Shown here: in pieces, positions 15,379 to 25,582 of the stretch | Layout of the letters: the number at the start of each line of letters is the position of its first letter | Position numbering within the stretch: the stretch's first letter is position 1 | The notes under the pieces: model-generated | Database searches by the model: none | Seen by the model: the letters and a program-made list of their open reading frames with translations, nothing else | What the model was told of the DNA's origin: nothing | Made by a program: the position numbers and the translations under genes | Virus record (IMG/VR): IMGVR_UViG_3300046495_000080 | Location: 1 to 44,779 of that record | Source: a virus | Taxonomy: Duplodnaviria > Caudoviricetes | DNA length: 44,779 bases | Direction: 5' to 3' (one strand)

Positions 15379-16979
15379 CCGCTTCCCTGCTCCTCGCAGC
15401 CCTGCTCGCCGCCGGCCCCATCGACCCGGTGATCGTGGCGCAGATGCGCGCGCCGCCGGCGGCCGAGACGCAGGCGAGCTCGGCGCCGCCCTGGACCGGG
15501 ACCCAGGAAGAGGCGATCGAGGCCATCGCCCGCTGGTGGGGCGACCCCGTCGCCTTCGTCCGGGAGATGTTCGGAGCCATCCCCGACGCGTGGCAGGCGG
15601 ACGCGCTGCGCGCCGTCGCCTCCGACCCGCGCGTCGGGATGAGCGCGTGCAAGGGCCCGGGGAAGAGCTGCGCCCTCGCCTGGGTCATCTGGTGGTGGGA
15701 GTACACGCGCCGCGACGCGCAGGTGATCTGCACCAGCATCACCGGCGACAACCTGAAGGACAACCTCTGGAAGGAGCTCGCCTACTGGTACTCGAAGGCG
15801 CCGGCGCTGCAGCAGGCCTTCGAGGTCAAGGCGGAGCGGATCACCCACCGGCAGGAGCCGCGCACCTGGTGGTGCTCGGCCCGCACCTGGGCGCGCGGCG
15901 CGGACCCGTCGCAGCAGGCGAACAGCCTCGCCGGCTTCCATGGCCGCGCGGTGATGGTCGTCCTCGACGAGATGGGCGACTACCCCGACGGCGTGGTGGT
16001 CGCCGCCGAGGCCATCTTCGCGAACCAGGACCTCGACGAGGCAAAGCTCGTCGGCGCCTGGAACCCCACCCGGACGGACGGCCCCGCCTACCGCGTCTGC
16101 ACGACCGACCGCCGCCGGTGGACGATCATCCACATCACCGGGGATCCCGACGACCCCCGCCGCTCGCCCCGCATCTCCAAGGTGTGGGCGCAGCAGATGA
16201 TCGACGACTGGGGCCGAGACAACGACTGGGTCCGGGTCAACGTCCTCGGCCTCTTCCCCAACGCGGCCGAGGATAAGCTCCTCGGTCCGAACGACATCCA
16301 GCTGGCCTGCGAGCGGGACGCAGCGCCGATCACGTACGTCGAGGAGCCGATCGTCTACGGGCTCGACGTCGCCCGCTTCGGCTCGGACTCGAGCCGGCTC
16401 CGCTCGAGGCAGGGCCCGGTCCTCTTCCGCGGCCACACCTTCCGCGGGCTCGACGGCCCGACGCTGGCGCAGAAGGTCCACTTCATCATCGAGCAGGACA
16501 TCAAGGATCGCTGGAAGGGCCGGCGGCCCGACTACGTCTTCGTCGACGTCACCGGGGTGGGCGCCTCCGCCTTCGACCACCTGGTCCTGCTCGGCTACCG
16601 GGACATCTCGGTGCCGGTGGACTTCGGCGGCTCGGCCGACGACGACAAGAAGTTCGCCGACAAGCGCGCGGAGATGTGGTGGCGGGCCGCCCGGTGGACG
16701 AAGAGGGTCGGCTGCTTCCCCTCCGACTCGGCCGAGCTCGGCTCTCAGCTCTGCGGCCCTACCTACAAGTTCGCCGCCCGTGGAAAGCGCACCTGCTTCG
16801 TCCTCGAGTCGAAGGCGGACATGAAGGCCAGGGGCCTTCCCAGCCCCGACGACGCCGACGCGTTCGCCGTGACCTTCCACACCGAGCCGCTCGTCCGGCG
16901 CGGGATGGACCTCTTCAGCGGCGGCGCCGGTAGCGGAAACCACGCCGTCACCGACTACGACCCGTACGCGCGGAGCTGA
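15375..16979 (+). CDS. terL: Terminase large subunit
   Basis: PDAWQ adenine motif, CKGPGKS Walker A, VVLDE Walker B, GLDVARFGSD nuclease motif, SPDDADA. Confidence 0.95.
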   Translation: MTASLLLAALLAAGPIDPVIVAQMRAPPAAETQASSAPPWTGTQEEAIEAIARWWGDPVAFVREMFGAIPDAWQADALRAVASDPRVGMSACKGPGKSCALAWVIWWWEYTRRDAQVICTSITGDNLKDNLWKELAYWYSKAPALQQAFEVKAERITHRQEPRTWWCSARTWARGADPSQQANSLAGFHGRAVMVVLDEMGDYPDGVVVAAEAIFANQDLDEAKLVGAWNPTRTDGPAYRVCTTDRRRWTIIHITGDPDDPRRSPRISKVWAQQMIDDWGRDNDWVRVNVLGLFPNAAEDKLLGPNDIQLACERDAAPITYVEEPIVYGLDVARFGSDSSRLRSRQGPVLFRGHTFRGLDGPTLAQKVHFIIEQDIKDRWKGRRPDYVFVDVTGVGASAFDHLVLLGYRDISVPVDFGGSADDDKKFADKRAEMWWRAARWTKRVGCFPSDSAELGSQLCGPTYKFAARGKRTCFVLESKADMKARGLPSPDDADAFAVTFHTEPLVRRGMDLFSGGAGSGNHAVTDYDPYARS

Positions 16980-16981
16980 CG

Positions 16982-17179
16982 ATGGGCGGACCCAAGTACC
17001 ACGCACAGCCTCTGCCGGCCCCGCCGCCCGACTACGCCGACCAGGCGGCGAAGGTGGCGAACCAGGTCCGCACGCCGGGTAGCCGCCGCCGCTCGTTCAT
17101 GCCCAGCGCCTCGACTTCGGCCGCCCCCGCCACCGCCGGGATCGCGTCCTTCGCCGGCAAGCAGCTCACGGGGACCTGA
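16982..17179 (+). CDS. Small protein upstream of portal (65 aa)
   Basis: Typical podovirus pre-portal ORF ending GKQLTG. Confidence 0.7.
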   Translation: MGGPKYHAQPLPAPPPDYADQAAKVANQVRTPGSRRRSFMPSASTSAAPATAGIASFAGKQLTGT

Positions 17180-17182
17180 CCA

Positions 17183-18985
17183 ATGGCCGAGTCCGACAAG
17201 GCGCGTTGCACGCGGAAGCTGAAGCAGCTGCGCCACGACTTCGCCTCCTGGCAGCCGCACCTCAAGGAGCTCGCCGACCACATGGCGCCGCGCCGCGCGC
17301 GCTGGAGCCGGACCGACTTCAACCGCGGCACGAAGATCAACAACACCATCATCAACAACACCCCGCTCCTCGCCGCGCGAACGATGGCCTCCGGCTTCAT
17401 GGCCGCGGTGACGAACCCGATGTCGGAGTGGTTCCGGCTCACCCCGCCCGACCCTGACCTCGGCGAGTACGGCCCGGTGAAGCGCTACCTGCACGTCCGG
17501 GAGGAGCGGCTCCGCTGGGCCTTCTCGATGGGGAGCTACTACCGTGGGCTCGCCGACGGCATCTACCCCGACCTCGGCCTCTTCGGCTTCGGCTGCGGGC
17601 TCATGGACGAGGACCCGGTCCGGATCCTGTCGCTCAAGCCCTTCTCCATCGGCGAGTACTACCTCGGCGCGAGCTCGAACGACGAGGTCGACACGGTGGG
17701 GCGCGACGTCCCGATGACCGTGCACCAGTTCGTCGAGAAGTTCGTGCTCCAGCCCGACGGCTCCCTCGACTGGTCCCGCGCCTCCCGGGGCGTGAAGGGG
17801 CTCTGGGACGCGGGTTCTCACGAGCACGTGGTCGAGGTCGCGCACCTGGTCGAGCCGTCCTGGAACTGGGAGCCGGGCACGCTCGGCCCGCGCGGCATGC
17901 GGTGGACGAGCTGCTGGTGGGAGCCCAAGGGCGACGAGGACCGGCTGATCCGCAGGGGCGGGTTCGAGCAGTTCCCCTTCCTCGCCCCCCGCTGGTCGCC
18001 GCGCGACGGTGAGGCCTACGGACGCAGCCCTGGGCAGGAGGTCCTCGGCGACGCGAAGCAGCTGCAGCACCACGAGAAGGAGCTCGCGCGCCTCATCGAC
18101 CTCTCCGGCAAGCCGCCGACCGTGGCCGACGAGAACATGCGGGGCGCCCGCCTCTCGCTCGTCCCCGGCGACAACACCTACGTTCCGCGCGGCCAGACCG
18201 AGGGCTTCCGGCCGGTCTTCCAGGTGAACCCCGCGGCGATCACCGCGCTCCTCGAGCACATCAGGCGCTGCGAGGACCGGATCGACAGGGGGATGTTCGC
18301 CGACCTCTTCGCCCGCATCCTGCGCGACGACCGATCCCAGCGTGCCACCGCGACGGAGATCGACCAGATCTCGCAGGAGGTCGCGAGCATGGTGGGGCCG
18401 GTCCTGTTCCGGCTCGACGCCGAGCTCTACGCGCCCTCCATCGAGCGGGCGAGCGCCATCCTCGAGCGCCGCGGCTTCTTCCCGCCGCCGCCCCCGGAGC
18501 TTCAGGGGCAGCCCATCAAGGCCGAGTTCATCTCGGTGCTCCACCAGGCGCAGAAGGGCGTCGGGCTGCAGCCGCTGCGCGTCTTCGTCTCCGAGGTGCT
18601 GGCGCTGGCCTCGGCGCGCCAGGACGCGCTCGACAAGCTCAACGCGGACGAGATCGTCGACGAGATCGCGAACCTCACCGGCGTGAAGCCCGACCTGGTG
18701 CTCTCCGACGACGAGGTGGCCAAGCTCCGTGCCGCGCGCCAGGCCCGCCAGCAGGCCCAGGAGCAGGGCCAGGCGATGCTCGCTGCGGCGAAGGGCGCGA
18801 AGGACCTCGGCACGACGCCGGCGCCGTCCGGGGACAACCTGCTCGGCGGCATGCTCCCGCCGGCGGGCCAGCTCTCCCCGGCCGGCTCGAGCACCCTCGG
18901 CGCCATCCTGGGCAACCTCACGCCCTCGGGCGCCACCGCCGGCGCCGTCGCTCCGTTCGGCTCCGTCGCTGGAGGCCTCGCGTGA
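17183..18985 (+). CDS. Portal (head-tail connector), T7 gp8/BPP-1-like
   Basis: LAARTMASG...WFRL...PRW....GEAYGRSPG...TATEI. Confidence 0.95.
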   Translation: MAESDKARCTRKLKQLRHDFASWQPHLKELADHMAPRRARWSRTDFNRGTKINNTIINNTPLLAARTMASGFMAAVTNPMSEWFRLTPPDPDLGEYGPVKRYLHVREERLRWAFSMGSYYRGLADGIYPDLGLFGFGCGLMDEDPVRILSLKPFSIGEYYLGASSNDEVDTVGRDVPMTVHQFVEKFVLQPDGSLDWSRASRGVKGLWDAGSHEHVVEVAHLVEPSWNWEPGTLGPRGMRWTSCWWEPKGDEDRLIRRGGFEQFPFLAPRWSPRDGEAYGRSPGQEVLGDAKQLQHHEKELARLIDLSGKPPTVADENMRGARLSLVPGDNTYVPRGQTEGFRPVFQVNPAAITALLEHIRRCEDRIDRGMFADLFARILRDDRSQRATATEIDQISQEVASMVGPVLFRLDAELYAPSIERASAILERRGFFPPPPPELQGQPIKAEFISVLHQAQKGVGLQPLRVFVSEVLALASARQDALDKLNADEIVDEIANLTGVKPDLVLSDDEVAKLRAARQARQQAQEQGQAMLAAAKGAKDLGTTPAPSGDNLLGGMLPPAGQLSPAGSSTLGAILGNLTPSGATAGAVAPFGSVAGGLA

Positions 18986-19371
18986 GCCGCTCCGGCTACA
19001 CCGTCGACACGGCCGTTCAGGACGCGGAGCGCGCCCTCGACCGGAAGCTCACCGCGATCGAGCTCGCCGACCTCGAGGAGTTGCTCCGGCAGCCCTGGGG
19101 CCGGCGGCTCTACTACCGCTTCGTCTTCACGCTCGGGCGCCTCGAGGCGCCGAGCTTCGACCCGGGGATCAAGGACGGCGTCTGCAGCGCCATCCACATG
19201 GGCCGCAACGAGGGGCTGCGCGAGTACGCGGCGGTCCTCGCGAACGAGGCCCAGGCGTACTTCCCCATCTTCTGGCTGCAGATGTTGCAGGAGCGCGTCG
19301 CCGCCGCCGAGCTGGAGCAGCGGAAGCGGTACAAGGCGCGAAACCCCACCACCACGGAAGGTGACACATGA
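18982..19371 (+). CDS. Bbp19-like protein
   Basis: DLEELLRQPWGRR...NEGLR motif, position after portal. Confidence 0.75.
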   Translation: MSRSGYTVDTAVQDAERALDRKLTAIELADLEELLRQPWGRRLYYRFVFTLGRLEAPSFDPGIKDGVCSAIHMGRNEGLREYAAVLANEAQAYFPIFWLQMLQERVAAAELEQRKRYKARNPTTTEGDT

Positions 19372-20081
19372 CGACTCCCGCCGCCGCTCAGGCTCCCGCC
19401 GACCCGGCCAAGCCGGAGACCACGCCTGCCCCTGCGCCCACGGCTCCCGCCGCGACGCCCGAGCCGGTGAAGCCGCAGGACCCCGCGAAGCGCAGCGTGC
19501 TCGCGGAGAAGCCGCAGGAGCCGGAGCCGGGGAAGAAGCCCGACGCCGCGGCGCCCGAGGGGAAACCCAACGACGGGACGCCCGACGCGTACGAGGTGAA
19601 GGTCCCCGAGGGCGTGAAGGTGGACGAGGCCGAGCTCAAGCAGTGGACGGGCACGGCCAAGGAGCTGGGCCTCACGCCGGAGCAGGCGTCGAAGCTCATC
19701 TCCCTGAACGACCAGCGGTCGAAGGCCGCGGTTGACGCGCAGGCGCAGGCCTGGGCGAAGCAGGGCGACGACTGGTACGGGGCGCTCGAGAAGGACCCCG
19801 AGTTCGGCGGAGCGAACCAGAAGGCGAGTGAGGCGGCGCTGCAGACGGCGCTGAAGCGCTTCGACCCGAAGGGCGAGCTCGCGGCCGACCTCGAGCGGTA
19901 CGGCATCGAGAACCTCCCGTCCCTGGCGAAGCTCCTGCGTCGCATCGGTCTCGCCGGCGCCGAGGACAAGGTCGTGGTCCCCAGGGCGCCCGAGAAGCAG
20001 CCCACCGGCGAGGACACGCGTCTCGCCAAGAAGTACCCGTCCATCAAGGGAATCCAGCCCGGCTCCCGCTCCGGCGGATAG
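19368..20081 (+). CDS. Capsid scaffolding protein
   Basis: Pro/Ala-rich N-terminus; AKELGLTPEQA, DPEFGG, IG...ED; precedes the capsid gene. Confidence 0.85.
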   Translation: MTTPAAAQAPADPAKPETTPAPAPTAPAATPEPVKPQDPAKRSVLAEKPQEPEPGKKPDAAAPEGKPNDGTPDAYEVKVPEGVKVDEAELKQWTGTAKELGLTPEQASKLISLNDQRSKAAVDAQAQAWAKQGDDWYGALEKDPEFGGANQKASEAALQTALKRFDPKGELAADLERYGIENLPSLAKLLRRIGLAGAEDKVVVPRAPEKQPTGEDTRLAKKYPSIKGIQPGSRSGG

Positions 20082-20130
20082 GCCGCAGGGCGGCACGGGC
20101 TGAAAGCCTCACCTCGAAGGAGCACTGGAA

Positions 20131-21144
20131 ATGGCAGCCACCGACAACAGAAGCACCCTCGCCGACGTCGCCCGGATGAAGGATCCGGACGGCACGCTCG
20201 CTCAGACCATCGAGCTCATGAACCAGTTCTCGCCGATCCTGCAGGACGCGCCGGCCTTCCCGACCAACGCGCCCTACGGGAACCGGACCACGCTCCGCCG
20301 GTCGCTGCCTGCCGTGGGCACGGCGAAGATCAACCGCGGCGTGCAGCGCTCGAAGAGCACGACCGACCAGCGCACCGACCCGATTGGCTTCTTCTCGGGC
20401 CGATCGGAGATCGACGCGCGGATCCGGAAGGTCGAGGGCGACGCTGCCTTCGCCAAGCGGCGCGACGACGAGGACAAGACCTTCGAGGAGGCGCTCGTCC
20501 AGGCCATCACGAACGCCGCGTTCTACGGCAACGTGGCGACCGACGAGGCGGCCTTCGACGGCCTCCTCACCCGCATGAACTCCATCAACGCGGGCACCTC
20601 CCTGCTGGCGCCGCAGGTCTTCAACCAGGCGTCGGGCCAGGCGGTGGTCGGCGGCGACGGCTGCTCCATGGTCATCGTCGACTGGGGCGAGCGCGCCGTC
20701 TCCCTGGGCTACCCGCCCAACACCATCGCCGGCCTCGACGTCCAGGACCTGGGCGAGATCCCGGTCAACGACGACGACGGCAACTCCTTCCAGGCCGGGA
20801 CCACGCTCTACGAGTGGTTCGTGGGGCTGGTGGTGAAGGACCCCCGGCACATGGCCCGGCTCGCCAACATCGACCTGTCGGACTCCGCGATCGACACGCC
20901 GCTGCAGGGCAAGCTCTTCGACAACCTCGAGCGGATCTTCTCGCTCATGCCCGACCCGGGTTCGGCGCAGCGGGTGATCTACTGCCCGCTCCGGCTCTAC
21001 TCGAGCTTCCTGAAGCAGGCCCGCACCGTCTCCAACCTCGCGCTCTCGATGGGCGAGTACCTGGGCAAGCAGACGCCGATGGCCTGGGGCTACCCGCTCC
21101 GTCGCAGCGACCAGCTCTCCATCACGGAGGGCACGATCAGCTAG
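20131..21144 (+). CDS. Major capsid protein (BPP-1 Bbp17-like)
   Basis: TLADVARMKDPDG...IELM....PILQD...LP......N.GV; RLANID. Confidence 0.92.
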   Translation: MAATDNRSTLADVARMKDPDGTLAQTIELMNQFSPILQDAPAFPTNAPYGNRTTLRRSLPAVGTAKINRGVQRSKSTTDQRTDPIGFFSGRSEIDARIRKVEGDAAFAKRRDDEDKTFEEALVQAITNAAFYGNVATDEAAFDGLLTRMNSINAGTSLLAPQVFNQASGQAVVGGDGCSMVIVDWGERAVSLGYPPNTIAGLDVQDLGEIPVNDDDGNSFQAGTTLYEWFVGLVVKDPRHMARLANIDLSDSAIDTPLQGKLFDNLERIFSLMPDPGSAQRVIYCPLRLYSSFLKQARTVSNLALSMGEYLGKQTPMAWGYPLRRSDQLSITEGTIS

Positions 21145-21220
21145 CCAGCTGACGATTCCCGGACTCGAGGGCGGCCCGCACGGCGCCCAACCAACCCCTC
21201 AAGCGCAAGGAAAAGACAAG

Positions 21221-21679
21221 ATGCCGATCATCGATTACGGCGACGAGCTGACCTACACCGCGGGGCCGCCCGCGACTTCCAAGCAGTCCTTCATCGGCGT
21301 CGCCGGCACCGCCATCGTGGGCGGCCGCGTGAAGGACGGCGTCGGTGCCAAGGACTGGGGCGCGGGCGAGATCCTCTGGGCCATCGTCCGCATCGTGACC
21401 GCCCTCGTGGGCGCCACCGGCGGCGTGACCTTCGACATCGTCGGCGCGGACAACGCGGCGCTCACCACCAACCCGGTGGTCTTCGCCACCCGCACCATCC
21501 CGGCCGCGTCGCTCCTCATCAACACCGTGTTCAGCATCGGCGCCATCCTGCCCGGGTCCAACAAGCGGTACCTGGGCGTGAAGATGACGCCGCTCACCAG
21601 CAACTCGACCGCCGGCGAGGCGGTCGTCGCGCTCGTCCCGCCCGACGCCAGGCCCCAGGACGGCGTGAACATGCTGTAG
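21221..21679 (+). CDS. Capsid cement/decoration protein (Bbp16-like)
   Basis: MPIID..., D.GAGE, ADNAAL, KRYLGV; follows the capsid gene. Confidence 0.75.
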   Translation: MPIIDYGDELTYTAGPPATSKQSFIGVAGTAIVGGRVKDGVGAKDWGAGEILWAIVRIVTALVGATGGVTFDIVGADNAALTTNPVVFATRTIPAASLLINTVFSIGAILPGSNKRYLGVKMTPLTSNSTAGEAVVALVPPDARPQDGVNML

Positions 21680-21689
21680 CGGCTCGACC

Positions 21690-21721
21690 GCGGTCGGGCC
21701 CGGTGCACTGGGCCCGACCGC
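21690..21721 (+). terminator. Strong hairpin after the head genes (terminator or processing site)
   Basis: GCGGTCGGGCCC...GGGCCCGACCGC 12-bp perfect stem; weak U-tract. Confidence 0.55.
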
Positions 21722-21745
21722 ACTTCCCTCGTGGAGGCTTCACCC

Positions 21746-22195
21746 ATGGCAGCTCCCCAGTACCAGGTCATGATCCCGCCCGGCGCGCCCGTCCCGGGCG
21801 TCGGCTTCGTTCGGCACGGTGAGCAGTTCACCGCGCCGCCCGACTTCGTCCCTTCCATGACGTTCATCCCCATCAACGATGAGGCCGTCGTCGAGCTCAA
21901 GAAGGTGAAGCAGAACCTGCTCGACCGCGCCGCCGACCTCAAGAAGAAGCTCGGCGACACCAGCCTCACCAACGACGAGAAGGCGTCGGCTCGCCAGCTT
22001 CTCTCGAGCCTCGAGGACAACGCCCAGGCGGTGCGCCTCACCATCCCCACCGCGGCGCCGGAAGCGCCGGCCATCCGGCCCGGCATCCCGCTGTCCGAGC
22101 TCGGCAAGGGCCAGGACGGCGGCGACGGCCCCCCGGGCGACCGGACCAGCACGCCGGACCCGAAGGGGAAGGGCAGCCGCGCCGCCGACAAGTAG
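21746..22195 (+). CDS. Hypothetical protein in the virion module (149 aa)
   Basis: RBS GGAGG; GC3-rich codons. Confidence 0.75.
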   Translation: MAAPQYQVMIPPGAPVPGVGFVRHGEQFTAPPDFVPSMTFIPINDEAVVELKKVKQNLLDRAADLKKKLGDTSLTNDEKASARQLLSSLEDNAQAVRLTIPTAAPEAPAIRPGIPLSELGKGQDGGDGPPGDRTSTPDPKGKGSRAADK

Positions 22196-22203
22196 CGTAC
22201 GAC

Positions 22204-22261
22204 CGCCCGGGGCGGCTGGGCTCTCCGCCCATACCGCAGATGCCCCAGCTCGCCCCGGGCG
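22204..22261 (+). promoter_or_regulatory. Long intergenic hairpin
   Basis: CGCCCGGGGCGGCTGGG...CCCAGCTCGCCCCGGGCG. Confidence 0.45.
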
Positions 22262-22278
22262 AGCAGCACGGAGGATCG

Positions 22279-22929
22279 ATGGCCAGCGAGACGATGTACG
22301 ACATCGCGAACCGAGCGCTCCTCAAGATTGGGGAGAACGTCCGGATCGAGGGTCCCGACGACAAGAGCATCGCCGCGCGCGTGCTCGCCCAGGTCTACGA
22401 CGACGCCCTGGGCGAGCTCCTCGAGGACTTCCCCTGGTCGTTCGCGAAGGCGCAGGCGACTCTCGCCGAGCTCGCCGCCGTCTCCCGCATCGGTTGGGAG
22501 CACGCCTACCAGCTGCCCAGCGACTTCGTGGCCCCGCGCGCCATCCTCGCAGGCGGCACCCGCTACAGCCTCATCCCGGGCGAGTGCCGTACGCCCTACG
22601 AACTCCAGGCGGGCGACGCCTCGGGCACCGGGGAGCGCGCCTCGAGGATCTTCTGCACCGACGAGGACCTCGGCTCCTCCACCCTCGAGTACACGACCGA
22701 CGCCGTCGCCGTGGTCGCCTTCCCGCGCCTCTTCGTCGAGGCCCTGGTCTGGCGTCTCGCGGCCGAGTTCGCCCTGGGCGTGAAGCACGCCGCGGAGCAG
22801 GCCGAGGCCATCCTCGACGACCGCGGCGGGGTCTTCGTCCGGGCGTTCGCCAAGGCAGCCACCGCCGATCTGCGCGGCCGCGGTGAGGACCCCGAGGTCG
22901 ACCCGCCGTCCATCCGAGCGAGGCTCTGA
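22279..22929 (+). CDS. Tail tubular protein A / adaptor (T7 gp11-like)
   Basis: IANRALLKIGE...PWSFA...W..AYQLPSD...F..AL...LAAE. Confidence 0.88.
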   Translation: MASETMYDIANRALLKIGENVRIEGPDDKSIAARVLAQVYDDALGELLEDFPWSFAKAQATLAELAAVSRIGWEHAYQLPSDFVAPRAILAGGTRYSLIPGECRTPYELQAGDASGTGERASRIFCTDEDLGSSTLEYTTDAVAVVAFPRLFVEALVWRLAAEFALGVKHAAEQAEAILDDRGGVFVRAFAKAATADLRGRGEDPEVDPPSIRARL

Positions 22930-22933
22930 GCCG

Positions 22934-25582
22934 ATGCCCGTTGAGCGCATCCGACAGCCGAGCTTCGCGAAGGGCGAAATCGCTCCCGAGTTCTACGGGC
23001 GGAGCGACCTCGCCGCGTACGCGATCGCGCTGAAGACGCTCCGCAACTTCATCGTGAAGCCCTCTGCGGCTTGCGCCTCGCGGCCGGGCACCCGCCTCAC
23101 CGCGCAGACCAGGGGCGACGGAAAGGCTCTGCAGGTCCCATTCGTCTACTCGGACGAGGACGCCCTGGTCCTCTGCTTCACCGACCACGCCGTGCGCTTC
23201 TACCGGACCGACGTGGCGAGCGGCCTGCCCGGCGCCATCACGCCACCGACTGCAGCTTCGGCCTGGGATGGGGGCACCGCCTATACGTCCGGTGGCTACG
23301 TCTCGTACGCGGGCCGGATCTACCTCTCGAACGGCGGGCAGGGTGGAGCGCCCACGACGATCGGGATCGCCCCCGACTCCATCAACCCCAGCTGGCAGGA
23401 GTGGACCGACGTCGGGCCCGTCGGCGGGCCGATGAACCCGCTCGAGCTCTGGACGCCGTACGTCGAAGCGGACCTCCCGCGGCTTCGGTGGGCGCAGGTT
23501 GGCGACGTCGTCACCCTGGTGCACCCGAACTACCTGCCCAAGGAGCTCGTGCGCACGTCGGCGTCGACCTGGCTGCTGCGCGACGCGAGCACGGTCCCTG
23601 GCATTGCCGCCCCGTGGCCCGCGTTCCTCGGCGTGCCCCTGCAGGCTGCTCCCGACTCGGCGCATCCCGTGAAGGAGTGGGGGTGGCAGGTAACGGCCAT
23701 CTTGGCCGACGGCACGGAGAGCAAGCCATCGATCGTCCTGCGGCCGGCGGCGACGACAGGGGCCAACAGCAGGCAGATCGTGCTCTACAGCGACAATCCG
23801 GTGGCTCTCTATTGGGCGTCGATCGACGGGGCCGTGGCCTACAACGTCTACCGCGGCCGCTCCGGGGTCATGGGCTGGGTGGGCCAGGCCTCCGAGGTGA
23901 GCGGCGGATACGTCCGGTTCCGCGACGACGGCGACAAGCCGGACTACACCCGGAAGCCCCCGCGCTGGACCTCGGTCTTCACCACCGACGCCTGGTCGGC
24001 GTTCACTCGGTATGAGGTGGGAGACCGCGTCACGAACGGTGGGCGCGTCTACGAGTGCACTCAGGGCGGGACGAGCGCCTCCGCCGGCGGGCCCACCGGC
24101 ACGGGCACGGCGATCGCGGATGGCTCCGGCGCAGCCTGGGTAGCCGGCGCCACCTACGTCGTTGGCGCGGTGGTGACCAACCAGGGGGAGACCTACCGGT
24201 GCGCCGTGGGGGGCGTGGCCTCGGCGGTAGTCCTCGGCCCGTACGACGTCCTGGGCGGCAACATCTCAGACGGAACGGTCAAGTGGAACTGGAAGGGGCA
24301 CGGGGGCGCCGCGGCGTGGAAGTACGTCGCCGAGGCCCCGGCGCAGAAGAAGTTCCCCTCCGTCGTCGGCTTCTACGAGGGCCGCCGCGTCTTCGCGAAC
24401 ACCGAGGAGGATCCGTCCTCGATCCGCTTCTCGAAGGTCGACGCCTACGACGTCTTCGAGGAGTACTCGAACGAGCCGTCGGACGGCGCCACCAGCACCG
24501 CCATCGCCTCGCAGCGCCTCGAGGAGATCCGCGCGCTGGTGCCCCGCGGTGCCCTCATCGCCCTCACGAGCTCTTCGGAGTGGGTCATCGTCGGCGCCGG
24601 CCAGGGTGAAACCATCTCGCCCGGGCGCATCGCGGCGCACCCGGGCACGGAGCACGGCACCAGCTGGACGCAGCCTGTCACCGTGGCGACGAGCGTCCTC
24701 TTCATCCAGCGCAAGGGCGCCGTTCCGCGCGCCATGATCTTCTCGAACGAGGCGGGCGGGTACGACACCGTCGACCTGTCGCTCTTCTCCCGGCACCTCT
24801 TCGACGGCCGGCAGATCGTGCGGTGGGCCTACGCCGAGGACCCGTGGTCGGTGGTGTGGGCGGTCACCGACGATGGCGAGCTGCTCTCCCTGACCTTCGT
24901 GAAGGACCAGGAGCTCGTCGCCTGGGCGCGCCATGACCTCCCGGGCGGCCTGGTCGAGGACGTCTGCACGATCCCCGAGGGCGACGAGGACGCCGTCTAC
25001 CTGGTGGTGAAGCGGGGCGTGCACCGGTATGTCGAGCGCCTCGCGACCCGGCGCATCCTGGACGTGAAGGAGGCGGTCTGCCTCGACTCGTCGCTCACCT
25101 ACCGGGGCGTCGGCGCGAAGCACTTCTCCGGGCTGGACCACCTCGAGGGGCAGGAGATCTGGGTCCTCGCCGACGGCTCGGTGGCCGGCCCGTTCACGGT
25201 CGCCGGCGGCGCCTTCGACCTGGACGACGAGCGCTTCCCGGACGGCGCCTCCATCGTCACCGCGGGGATCCGTTTCGACTGCGACTGGGGCTCCTTGCCG
25301 CCGATGCACGAGAAGCAGCGCGTGAAGGCGGTCCGGAAAGTGTGGGTGGAGTGTGAGGCCTCCCGCGGGACGCAGGCCGGGCCCGACTTCGACCACCTCG
25401 AGGAATGGAAGCAGCGCGACGTCTCGCACGGCTTCGAGGCGAGCCCGCTCGAGACGACCATCGCCGAGATCAACACCGTCGCCACCTGGAAGGACGGAAC
25501 GGTCGTCATCCGCCAGAAGGACCCGCTCCCCCTCACCATCCTCGCGGTGACCCGCGAGGTCGAGTACGGGGGCGTCCCGTGA
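22934..25582 (+). CDS. Tail tubular protein B / nozzle (T7 gp12-like) with inserted carbohydrate-binding-like repeats
   Basis: QPSFAKGEIAP...R.D...Y...L.N...RPGT; PSVVGFYEGR; AWARH; GLDHLEG; PLPLTILAV. Confidence 0.9.
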   Translation: MPVERIRQPSFAKGEIAPEFYGRSDLAAYAIALKTLRNFIVKPSAACASRPGTRLTAQTRGDGKALQVPFVYSDEDALVLCFTDHAVRFYRTDVASGLPGAITPPTAASAWDGGTAYTSGGYVSYAGRIYLSNGGQGGAPTTIGIAPDSINPSWQEWTDVGPVGGPMNPLELWTPYVEADLPRLRWAQVGDVVTLVHPNYLPKELVRTSASTWLLRDASTVPGIAAPWPAFLGVPLQAAPDSAHPVKEWGWQVTAILADGTESKPSIVLRPAATTGANSRQIVLYSDNPVALYWASIDGAVAYNVYRGRSGVMGWVGQASEVSGGYVRFRDDGDKPDYTRKPPRWTSVFTTDAWSAFTRYEVGDRVTNGGRVYECTQGGTSASAGGPTGTGTAIADGSGAAWVAGATYVVGAVVTNQGETYRCAVGGVASAVVLGPYDVLGGNISDGTVKWNWKGHGGAAAWKYVAEAPAQKKFPSVVGFYEGRRVFANTEEDPSSIRFSKVDAYDVFEEYSNEPSDGATSTAIASQRLEEIRALVPRGALIALTSSSEWVIVGAGQGETISPGRIAAHPGTEHGTSWTQPVTVATSVLFIQRKGAVPRAMIFSNEAGGYDTVDLSLFSRHLFDGRQIVRWAYAEDPWSVVWAVTDDGELLSLTFVKDQELVAWARHDLPGGLVEDVCTIPEGDEDAVYLVVKRGVHRYVERLATRRILDVKEAVCLDSSLTYRGVGAKHFSGLDHLEGQEIWVLADGSVAGPFTVAGGAFDLDDERFPDGASIVTAGIRFDCDWGSLPPMHEKQRVKAVRKVWVECEASRGTQAGPDFDHLEEWKQRDVSHGFEASPLETTIAEINTVATWKDGTVVIRQKDPLPLTILAVTREVEYGGVP

